Shown piece after piece: positions 56,643 to 64,000 of a DNA stretch of 64,000 bases. The notes under the pieces were generated by a model. It worked only from the letters and a program-made list of their open reading frames with translations, made no database searches and was not told where the DNA came from. A program made the position numbers and the translations under genes. This DNA is from Patescibacteria group bacterium (GTDB taxonomy: Bacteria; Patescibacteriota; Saccharimonadia; UBA4664; SCTI01): contig SCTI01000002.1 in the NCBI GenBank assembly GCA_004297735.1, positions 128,160 through 192,159 on the forward strand. Direction: 5' to 3'. Position 1 is the stretch's first letter. Each line of letters begins with the position of its first letter.

Positions 56643-58027
56643 TCCCACACCCCCGATAATTTAACCCTGCGCCCCAGTTTTTTACGCGACTCTAGCATCG
56701 CGGTGTAGGTCGGTACAATGTAGCCGGTGCCGTTTTCGGGAAGTTGATCAATAAATTGGTTCAATGCCTTAGAAAGTTGGTGATGATTATGGCGAACCGG
56801 CATATCGGCGTACTTTAAACGCAGAGCCATGTCATCGGCGCGTAAACCAGCCACGTCAATTACATGACTTTGGGCGGTAAGCTCCTCAAACGCCACATCC
56901 CACAGCCACGAAATGTCCCGCCCATCGGCAAAGTTATCGTTGATAATAAATAGAATATTTTGTTGTTTATTTTTCAACAAAAAGGTATGGATTATTTGGT
57001 TAAAGCCGGTTGGATTCTTAACTAGCAGCAAATAAAGCTGCTTGGTGCCAACACTTAGAACCTCAACCCGACCAAAAGCGGCCTGGACTCGCGACAACGA
57101 TTCAAGTGCGGAATCGATTGCCACCCCAAAGCCCTGAGCCACCACCGTAGCGGCCAAAGCATTGTATATATTGTATAGCCCAGGCAGAAATATCTTGGCT
57201 TGATGGCAATCGTCGGTATCGCTCAATCTAACCTGAAAACTAGCGCTACGGTCGTTGAGTTTAATCTTATTTGCGTCTAGCGAGGGCTGGGGGCGACCAA
57301 AGTGACCAGCCGGGCAACGGTAGTGGCCGATGTGGCCAAAAAAGGCCTTGTTATAATCCAATGCGCGACCGCATACAGGGCAGGTATTTGAATCTGCGGT
57401 AACATCGTGCGCCAATTTTGTTGTAGGAACCTCATCGATTCCAAAGTAAACAACCGACTGATCCTTTGGGGCATACTGCGCCAGGCTGGCAACCAGCGGA
57501 TCGTCAGCATTGAGGTAAAGTTGAGCCTCCGTGGCAGCAATTCCCTTTCCAATTAGCTTGGCAGTGGTATCAAGCTCGCCGTAACGATCAAGCTGATCAC
57601 GAAAAAGATTGAGCACCACAATCGCGCGGGGCTGCAGCATCGCCGCCACCGCCGGCATGGCGGCCTCATCAACTTCGAACAACCCAACCGTGTCTTTGTA
57701 ATGCCCCGAAACAGAAATGTGTTCAATTAAGGCCGAAACAATGCCGCGACTCAGGTTGGAGCCGGCCCGATTGGCAACCAGCGACTCCCCGCTGTCGCTA
57801 AGCACCTTAGCCAACATCTTACTGGTGGTGGTTTTACCATTGGTACCGGTCACGATAATGCTGCCTCGAGGGATGCGACTGGCGAGCTTGGTGCCAATCT
57901 GGGGATCTAGCTTTTCGGCCACTAAACCAGGTAGAGCCGAGCCGCCGCCGCGTCCGACCAATCGACTCAGATTGAGCAGGGTTTTAGCAATAAGGACGGT
58001 TAGGGTGATTGGCATACCGCTATTCAT
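56639..58027 (-). CDS. murT: Lipid II isoglutaminyl synthase ligase subunit
   Basis: GSALPG, TGTNGKTTT, EVDE, NLFRDQLDRYGE, KNPTG, DGRDISWLWD, TYTAM. Confidence 0.94.
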   Translation of the reverse strand: MNSGMPITLTVLIAKTLLNLSRLVGRGGGSALPGLVAEKLDPQIGTKLASRIPRGSIIVTGTNGKTTTSKMLAKVLSDSGESLVANRAGSNLSRGIVSALIEHISVSGHYKDTVGLFEVDEAAMPAVAAMLQPRAIVVLNLFRDQLDRYGELDTTAKLIGKGIAATEAQLYLNADDPLVASLAQYAPKDQSVVYFGIDEVPTTKLAHDVTADSNTCPVCGRALDYNKAFFGHIGHYRCPAGHFGRPQPSLDANKIKLNDRSASFQVRLSDTDDCHQAKIFLPGLYNIYNALAATVVAQGFGVAIDSALESLSRVQAAFGRVEVLSVGTKQLYLLLVKNPTGFNQIIHTFLLKNKQQNILFIINDNFADGRDISWLWDVAFEELTAQSHVIDVAGLRADDMALRLKYADMPVRHNHHQLSKALNQFIDQLPENGTGYIVPTYTAMLESRKKLGRRVKLSGVWE

Positions 58028-58034
58028 AACCTCA

Positions 58035-58955
58035 TTATACCGCTTGCGCTAGGAATTCCGACACCTGTACCTCGGCTTCGGTTTGATTATGCGCCCACCG
58101 GATGTCCGAATTACGCTTAAACCAGGTCATCTGGCGCTTAGCGTAGCGCTTGGTGTCTTTAACGGTGTCATCAATCGCCTGCTCAACTGTCATCTGGCCC
58201 GCTGCGACGGCGGCAAAGCTACGATAACCAATACCGGTCATTGCCTCACTGTCTGGCTGGTAGCGCTTTAGCAGTGCTTCAACCTCATTGAGCAAGCCAT
58301 GTTCAACCATCTGGTTAACTCGCGTGGCGATGCGGGCCTCCAGCTCAACCATATCAATACTCATTCCAAGGATTAAGGTGTTTGGGCGCAGCTCCTGTTT
58401 CGTAGGCGGCTGACCATTAGCCTCGATTGCCCGAATCAACCGGCGAGGATTATGCCAGTCGCTATGGTTCAGCGATATACCGAGATCTTCAGCCCGAGCC
58501 TGCAGCTCGGCCAGACTTAAAGCCACCAGCGCAGGATTTGGCTGGGCCGCCCGGCCGCTCTTAAACGAGTAGTTATAAATTACCGAATCAACATACAGGC
58601 CGGTTCCGCCAACCATAATTGGCAGCTTGCCGCGAGCCTGAATGTTGGCGATGGCCTGATTCGCTTGCTCCTGGAAATCGGCTGCCGAAAAGGGCTGGTC
58701 CGGATCAACCACATCCAAAAGATGATGCCGTATCTGCTTCTGCTCGGCAGCGGCTGGTTTAGCGGTGCCAATATCCATACCGCGGTAGATAGTCCGGGAG
58801 TCGGCGGCGATAATTTCGCCATTAAAGCGCTGGGCGAACTGCATGGCCAGAGCGCTCTTGCCGCTAGCGGTCGGGCCGACAACAACCACGAGGGAGGTCG
58901 GACCCTTGGCTAGGTCGGACCCTTGGCTAGGTCGGACCCTCACTGTGGCCACCAT
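58035..58955 (-). CDS. miaA: tRNA dimethylallyltransferase
   Basis: GPTASGKS, ADSRTIYRGMDIGTAKP, VGGTGLY, YAKRQMTWF. Confidence 0.96.
   Translation of the reverse strand: MVATVRVRPSQGSDLAKGPTSLVVVVGPTASGKSALAMQFAQRFNGEIIAADSRTIYRGMDIGTAKPAAAEQKQIRHHLLDVVDPDQPFSAADFQEQANQAIANIQARGKLPIMVGGTGLYVDSVIYNYSFKSGRAAQPNPALVALSLAELQARAEDLGISLNHSDWHNPRRLIRAIEANGQPPTKQELRPNTLILGMSIDMVELEARIATRVNQMVEHGLLNEVEALLKRYQPDSEAMTGIGYRSFAAVAAGQMTVEQAIDDTVKDTKRYAKRQMTWFKRNSDIRWAHNQTEAEVQVSEFLAQAV
58895..58940. repeat. Three tandem AGGTCGGACCCT units (17-nt period) in the miaA 5' region
   Basis: Exact 12-mer at 58895, 58912 and 58929 separated by TGGCT. Confidence 0.9.
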
Positions 58956-59263
58956 AGCAGCGCGTCAACATCAACCTTGTAGTCGTCGCTTACCGCCACG
59001 CCATCGGCTTCTAAGTCGCGCCGATGAGCCTCACGGCCACCGCTGGTGTAGCCGCCGGCTAGTCCTCCCTGCTTGTTTACCACTCGCTGCCACGGTAGCT
59101 CGGGCGGACCCCAGTGCGCCACCTGCCCCACCACCCTAGCGGCCCGCGGGCTGCCACATAGCGCCGCAATCTGGCCGTAGGTCATTACTCTACCCTTGGG
59201 TATGCGAGCTACAAGTTCATATACCGACTGAGCAAATTCAGCCCCAAGCTGCTCAGAGCTCAT
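58940..59263 (-). CDS. Alkyltransferase-like protein (ATL/YbaZ-type, MGMT family)
   Basis: IPKGRVMTYGQIA...ARVVG...PWQRVV, with Trp at the active-site Cys position. Confidence 0.9.
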   Translation of the reverse strand: MSSEQLGAEFAQSVYELVARIPKGRVMTYGQIAALCGSPRAARVVGQVAHWGPPELPWQRVVNKQGGLAGGYTSGGREAHRRDLEADGVAVSDDYKVDVDALLWWPQ

Positions 59264-60077
59264 TAAATACCTTTAGACGGCGCTGGCAATCATCATCCAT
59301 GACATGCTCGTTAAACAGCTGCTGATTATGCCAGTCTTGATGATTTATGGGTTTATTTGGGTTGGTAATAGTAATCACGCCATACTCCACTCCGCCAACC
59401 TCGCCTTCAGCACGAACGTCAAGGCGGCCAGAGTGGACATACATCAACTTATCGCCAGTTACCTCAACCACTAAGATATGGTGCGGAATGTTAACATTAC
59501 GACCATCCATAACTATTTGATCGCCAGGCCGTATTTTATTGACCGTTGGGACAACCTCATTGGCGGCTAAACTAGTAAGAATTCGGACACCTGCTAAGCG
59601 AACCGGCTGGTTACCCCAAAACTCTTGAATTTTAGCCAGCGAAACATGCTCGGGCTGGCTCTGCAGCAAGTCTTCGGTAATATGTGGCGGATGTGTATAG
59701 GCAGGGTTAAAAAAGTCTTTGAGTAATGCGGTACGGTCCTTGTATAAATAGTCCGCCAGATTAAGGCCCTGGTCTTGCAGATACTCATCAAAAACATGAA
59801 AAATAAAGCCGGAACAATCAACTCCCAAGCGAATTGAGGCCATGAACTGACGATAATCGTTGCCGGTTTTTAGGTGACCTTTGGCCTGACCGATATGCTG
59901 CTCCAAGGCTTCCTGGATTTCATCTGGCGAGCCCTTACCGTTATACAGCCCCCTCACCGGATGCTCGCCTTGGTGGCTCGGCACCTCGTCACGCCAATAC
60001 GGCGTCCAAAACTCTACCCCGCCCTCAGAAAGCTTATAGCGGTTGGCGATCTCGATTAGTTTACGCGAATCAATCAC
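59253..60077 (-). CDS. NlpC/P60-like (papain-fold) protein
   Basis: GVDCSGFIFH, IRPGD, HILVV...YVHS. Confidence 0.65.
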   Translation of the reverse strand: MIDSRKLIEIANRYKLSEGGVEFWTPYWRDEVPSHQGEHPVRGLYNGKGSPDEIQEALEQHIGQAKGHLKTGNDYRQFMASIRLGVDCSGFIFHVFDEYLQDQGLNLADYLYKDRTALLKDFFNPAYTHPPHITEDLLQSQPEHVSLAKIQEFWGNQPVRLAGVRILTSLAANEVVPTVNKIRPGDQIVMDGRNVNIPHHILVVEVTGDKLMYVHSGRLDVRAEGEVGGVEYGVITITNPNKPINHQDWHNQQLFNEHVMDDDCQRRLKVFNEL

Positions 60078-60652
60078 CCCAGCAACTCCTCAACTTCACG
60101 CCAGGTCCGGGCTCTGGTCGCCCCCTCGGGCAGATCTTTGTCTCCGTTCCATTCATAGCTACCAAAGGCAATCCCCCGAATACCGGCCGCGATGCAGTCG
60201 GCCAAGTAAACCGGGCTATCATCAATCATGGTTTCGGCCCCAATTTCGTTGCAGACCACCGACTTGCGGCGATCGCCAGCGTAGTTAACCTTTTCGAAAA
60301 CATCCGGCATAAACCGATCGATCCAGGGCTGCGTATATGGAGCAAAATCAGCACTGCGGCCGGTCACAATCATTAAGCGATAACGCTCCTTGAGCCGACT
60401 TAAGGACTCAACCGCACCGTCGATTGGCTGCGTCGCAAGTGCCTCATCGGTCGACAGGTAATCAAAAATCCACTGCTCAGCTTGCTTGCGACTATGGTTC
60501 CAGCCGTGCTTGGGGGTGCCCACCTTTTGAGCAAAATGAATATCGTGAACTGTAATGAAATCTTCATGAGTCTGGTTGTAAGCATCAACCATTTCGTGAA
60601 CATGGGTCACCAAGGTGTCATCGAAATCGATTGCTATAATCGGCTTACTCAC
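60074..60652 (-). CDS. HAD-superfamily 5'(3')-deoxyribonucleotidase-like hydrolase
   Basis: IAIDFDDTL, IVTGR, K...MIDDS. Confidence 0.88.
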   Translation of the reverse strand: MSKPIIAIDFDDTLVTHVHEMVDAYNQTHEDFITVHDIHFAQKVGTPKHGWNHSRKQAEQWIFDYLSTDEALATQPIDGAVESLSRLKERYRLMIVTGRSADFAPYTQPWIDRFMPDVFEKVNYAGDRRKSVVCNEIGAETMIDDSPVYLADCIAAGIRGIAFGSYEWNGDKDLPEGATRARTWREVEELLG

Positions 60653-62499
60653 AGAGTGCTCTCCGCCGAGCGACTGTTAATTTCGGCCTGCAGTTTAGTT
60701 ACAAAATCATTAAATGACAGCGAAACCTCTCGGTCGCCAAGATCGGCTCGGAGGCGTGGGTTGAGTTGGTCGCTTTCAACCTCCTTTTCGCCCACCACAA
60801 CCGTATACGGAACCTTCATCAGGCTGGCGCTGCGAATCTTTTTACCAACCGACTCGCTACTCAGATCAAGCTCCGCCCGAATACCGGCTTGCTTGAGCTG
60901 CTGTTTCCACTGCTGGGCCTTATCGACTATCTTTTCGGAATCATTAACGGTGATAAGGCGAACCTGCTCCGGCGCCAACCAAGTCGGGAAGTTACCGGCA
61001 AAGTGTTCGATGAGGATAGCCATAAATCTTTCGTATGAACCAAGGATGGCACGATGAACCATTATCGGAGTCTTTTCTTGGCCATCGCTGTCTACGTAGG
61101 TTAAGCCAAACCGCTTAGGCATGGCAAAATCAATCTGAATGGTCGAAAGCTGACGTTCATTGCCCAGCGCGTCCTTAAACATAAAATCAAGTTTAGGACC
61201 GTACAGGGCTGCCTCCCCCTCCATCCGCTGCGCATTCAACTTTAGGTCATCCGAAACCTGCTGCAACAGCTCTTCGGCCCGATTCCAATCAGCGTCCTCT
61301 CCGATATATGACTCCATATCCTGAGGATCACGAACCGATAACGAAACCCAGTGATCACCGTACATACCCAAATCGGTGTAGAAACGCTTAATTATTTCGG
61401 CAATCAACTTGGCCTCATCCTTAATTTGGTCAACAGTACAAAAAGTGTGTCCGTCATCCACGGTGATAGCCCGTACTCGAGTTAATCCACCTATCTCACC
61501 CGGCTTCTCATCACGATACTGCATGGTTGACTCCATGTAGCGAACCGGCAGGTCGCGGTAGCTCTTTGGGGTTGAGGCATACAGCTGAGTATGGTGCGGG
61601 CAGTTAACCGGCTTGAGAATAAAGTCCTGATATTTACCCTTAACGTGGAGCAACTCGTCCTTAAACTTGTCCGCATGGCCAGATGTTTTATACAGATCAA
61701 GCTTAGCTATATGAGGAATGGTTACCTCTTGCACGTCAAAGTCGTGGCTAGCATCCGCCAAGGCTCTTTTAAGCTCGTTGCGCATAGCAGTACCTCGAGG
61801 CGTCCACAATGGAAGACCGGAACCAACCAAGTTTGAAAAGGTAAACAAATCCAGCTGCTTGCCGAGCTTGCGATGGTCGCGCTTTTCGGCCTCGGCCAGT
61901 TGTTCAAGGTAGTTGTTCAAATCTTCTTTGGTCGCAAAGGCCACGCCATAAATGCGCTGGAGCTGCGGATTTTTTTCGTCGCCGCGCCAGTAAGCACCAG
62001 AAACTTTGGTTAACTTAAAGACGCCGGCCTGACCGGTATCTTCCAGATGCGGTCCGCGACACAAATCAACAAAATCGCCGGTTTTGTATAACGATACCGT
62101 TGTAACTTTTTCAGCACTTTCGGCACCCAACTGCTCGCGGTCAATGTCCTTTGCGACGGTGGTGCCATGCTTTTTGAGGTCGCTCAAAAGCTCTACTTTA
62201 AATGGCTGTTCAGCCTGTTTGAACAACGAAATAGCTTCATTTAGACCAACCTCTTGTCGCTCGAACACCATTTTTTGTTTAATGATTTCTTGCATCTTTT
62301 TGGTAACCGCTTTAAGGTCATCCGGGCTTAATGTTTTATCAATATCTACATCGTAATAAAAGCCATTATCGATAACCGGGCCAACGCCAAACTTGGCCTT
62401 TGGGTAAAGCTGCTGCAAGGCCGCCGCCATAATATGAGCCATCGAGTGGCGCATAACGTGCAGCTGATAGGTTGAATTTTCTGATTTTTTTTGAGCCAT
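60649..62499 (-). CDS. thrS: Threonine--tRNA ligase
   Basis: RHSMAH, DLCRGPH, GAYWRGD, RDHRKLG, KPVNCPHH, YGPKLD, HRAILGSYERF. Confidence 0.97.
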   Translation of the reverse strand: MAQKKSENSTYQLHVMRHSMAHIMAAALQQLYPKAKFGVGPVIDNGFYYDVDIDKTLSPDDLKAVTKKMQEIIKQKMVFERQEVGLNEAISLFKQAEQPFKVELLSDLKKHGTTVAKDIDREQLGAESAEKVTTVSLYKTGDFVDLCRGPHLEDTGQAGVFKLTKVSGAYWRGDEKNPQLQRIYGVAFATKEDLNNYLEQLAEAEKRDHRKLGKQLDLFTFSNLVGSGLPLWTPRGTAMRNELKRALADASHDFDVQEVTIPHIAKLDLYKTSGHADKFKDELLHVKGKYQDFILKPVNCPHHTQLYASTPKSYRDLPVRYMESTMQYRDEKPGEIGGLTRVRAITVDDGHTFCTVDQIKDEAKLIAEIIKRFYTDLGMYGDHWVSLSVRDPQDMESYIGEDADWNRAEELLQQVSDDLKLNAQRMEGEAALYGPKLDFMFKDALGNERQLSTIQIDFAMPKRFGLTYVDSDGQEKTPIMVHRAILGSYERFMAILIEHFAGNFPTWLAPEQVRLITVNDSEKIVDKAQQWKQQLKQAGIRAELDLSSESVGKKIRSASLMKVPYTVVVGEKEVESDQLNPRLRADLGDREVSLSFNDFVTKLQAEINSRSAESTL

Positions 62500-62524
62500 A
62501 CTCGGTTACCTCTTTACTAAAATA

Positions 62525-62686
62525 ACAAAAAACACGCTATTGCTAGCGCGTTTGGACCCCAAATTGCGCGAGGGCGGTTCCACCAAACTTCCCTGCCGGT
62601 GCAGGACTCTTAGGAGCCGATGTACGTCACCGACAAACGGAGCTACGGGGCGGTTAACTCCCGCTGCGCTCTATTCAACTCTCAAT
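62525..62686 (-). promoter_or_regulatory. T-box riboswitch leader of thrS
   Basis: AAGTTTGG-TGGAACC-GCCCTC...GGGGT-CCAAAC antiterminator overlapping the terminator ACGCGCTA-GCAA-TAGCGTGT-TTTTT; ACC codon in a short stem I loop; TATAAT upstream. Confidence 0.85.
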
Positions 62687-62693
62687 GAGGTTA

Positions 62694-62942
62694 TTATACC
62701 TCGTTATCTCGAGAACCTTCAAGTGTCTTAAACGCTTCTGCCTCCAAGTCTCCAACCGGCTTGCCTGCCACTGCATCTTCAAGCGCCTGCACCTCAGCTG
62801 CATTTGCAAGTTTATGAAAATCAGCATTGGCCTGCTCAACCCTATCAGCGTGGGTGACCCTCTTTGTTTCTTCGGCCGACTTAAAGGATGGCTCCCCAAC
62901 CTTATCGAGACCAGGAGCTTCGTTTGGTTCACCTATAAACAT
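62694..62942 (-). CDS. Small acidic hypothetical protein
   Basis: GAGG SD before ATG; 82 aa. Confidence 0.55.
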   Translation of the reverse strand: MFIGEPNEAPGLDKVGEPSFKSAEETKRVTHADRVEQANADFHKLANAAEVQALEDAVAGKPVGDLEAEAFKTLEGSRDNEV

Positions 62943-62975
62943 GTTTGCCCTCTCTTATTGTATTGAATAATAGCA

Positions 62976-63052
62976 TGGTGGATCTGACAGGATTCGAACC
63001 TGTGACCTCTTGAATGTGAATCAAGCGCTCTAACCAGCTGAGCTACAGATCC
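62976..63052 (-). tRNA. tRNA-Val(CAC)
   Basis: GGATCTG...CTTGA-TTCACAT-TCAAG...GGTTCGAATCC...CAGATCC-ACCA. Confidence 0.96.
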
Positions 63053-63062
63053 GTATAAGTAC

Positions 63063-63139
63063 TGGTGGGCCCTACAGGACTCGAACCTGTGACCTCTTCA
63101 ACGTCAATGAAGCGCTCTAGCCAGCTGAGCTAAGGGCCC
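63063..63139 (-). tRNA. tRNA-Val(GAC)
   Basis: GGGCCCT...CTTCA-TTGACGT-TGAAG...GGTTCGAGTCC...AGGGCCC-ACCA. Confidence 0.96.
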
Positions 63140-63194
63140 ACGTACCAAGAGAATATAGCTGATTTGGACGGTTTTTTCAATCTCATAATAGCTT

Positions 63195-63254
63195 GGCGCA
63201 GTTGATGCCTCCGCAGTGAGCGTGATAGCGAACGCAGGAGCCATCAACGGAGCC
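63195..63254 (+). repeat. 60-bp hairpin repeat, copy C
   Basis: GGCGCAGTTGATGCCTCCGCAGTGAGCGTGATAGCGAACGCAGGAGCCATCAACGGAGCC. Confidence 0.85.
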
Positions 63255-63358
63255 ATGTCGCTTTATGCAACCCGCCAAAAATGTAATCCGCTTACGCTTG
63301 CTGTTACAAGGTCCCCCACGGTAAGCTTTGTACAAGACGCCAAAGTGGGGATTCAGCT

Positions 63359-64000
63359 ATGTTAACGCAGTCGATTGCCGACAAGATTCACTCAAAGGTA
63401 GCCGGTCTAGTTGGCCAGCCGCTGTCGGTGACCGATGTTAACGGCACCATTTTGGCCACCAGCGACCCGCGCGTAGACGAGAGTGCCGACATTCAGGCCA
63501 TACCCTGGGCTATCGGCTTGGCACACGATAACTCAACCATTGGCTATGTGGTTTTATCGCGAGAGATGCCCAATCATCAAGAGATTGCGCCACTCATACA
63601 ATCAATATCCGAACTTATCCTCCATCAATCCCTATTAATAGAGCGGCTGCCTCACCAAGAGGAGCGGCTGGACAAGTTTATTTACGACTTGGTTACCGGA
63701 TCATTAACCGACTTTGCGACCATATCGGCCGAGGCTAGACTGTTTGATATTGATTTTGAGCTCCCCCGCCTCGCGCTGGTCGTCAACGTTGACGACCCAG
63801 TGTTGACCGGCGAGATCCGCGACATCAGCGATCGCGAGTTGCGAATTAGTCGCTACAAGTTCGGCCTCAACCGTGGCCTTAACTCCTACTACACCGCCAC
63901 CACCAGCAACGTTGTGGCTTATTTGGGCCACAACAGCTTTTGCATCTTAAAGGAGTTGGGCGAAGAAGACATGACCACCTCGCTCGAACGATTTAAGCGC
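63359..64000 (+). CDS. CdaR/PucR-family transcriptional regulator, N-terminal part (runs off window end)
   Basis: Manual translation MLTQSIADKIHSKVAGLVGQPLSVTDVNGTILATSDPR resembles the sugar-diacid recognition domain; frame open to the window end. Confidence 0.75.
   Translation, partial: MLTQSIADKIHSKVAGLVGQPLSVTDVNGTILATSDPRVDESADIQAIPWAIGLAHDNSTIGYVVLSREMPNHQEIAPLIQSISELILHQSLLIERLPHQEERLDKFIYDLVTGSLTDFATISAEARLFDIDFELPRLALVVNVDDPVLTGEIRDISDRELRISRYKFGLNRGLNSYYTATTSNVVAYLGHNSFCILKELGEEDMTTSLERFKR

Noticed and set aside
58895-58940. Mini CRISPR array
   Set aside because: 12-bp units with identical 5-bp spacers and no cas genes in the window.
63311-63353. Hairpin upstream of the CdaR-like gene as a riboswitch
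   Set aside because: A single stem covering the GGGGA SD region, with no aptamer consensus I can recognise.
1-64000. Alternative genetic code (UGA recoding as in Gracilibacteria/Absconditabacteria)
   Set aside because: Conserved genes are full length under code 11, and TGA serves as a stop in ATGA overlaps (e.g. murT/gatD).

Overview
Chromosomal window from a small-genome bacterium. Gene content and architecture point to Patescibacteria/CPR, probably Saccharimonadia-like (inference), using standard code 11. Core genes include gyrB (partial), pheS/pheT, trpS, argS, thrS, smpB, infC-rpmI-rplT, rpmB, miaA, murT/gatD, mgtE, rmuC, a UvrD-nuclease fusion, a membrane-anchored Clp ATPase, a VirD4/TraD-like ATPase, a PilB-like ATPase and envelope enzymes. 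Recognisable RNAs are four tRNAs (Pro-CGG, Pro-GGG, Val-CAC, Val-GAC), tmRNA, RNase P RNA, 6S RNA and a T-box leader on thrS. The most striking unexplained features are stand-alone non-coding units that I cannot assign to a known family: (1) a ~705-nt densely folded RNA (39343-40047, minus) with its own promoter and terminator, next to a TrmB-family regulator and with a palindrome over its promoter; (2) a ~430-nt multi-hairpin RNA (13936-14365, minus) with promoter and terminator; (3) a 72-nt tRNA-Ala mimic (17655-17726) with an Ala acceptor stem, T-arm and CCA but no canonical D or anticodon arm. The window also has three dispersed hairpin or palindrome repeat families, ORFan mini-cassettes and many apparently leaderless genes. 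All structures were read by eye; no folding software or database search was run.
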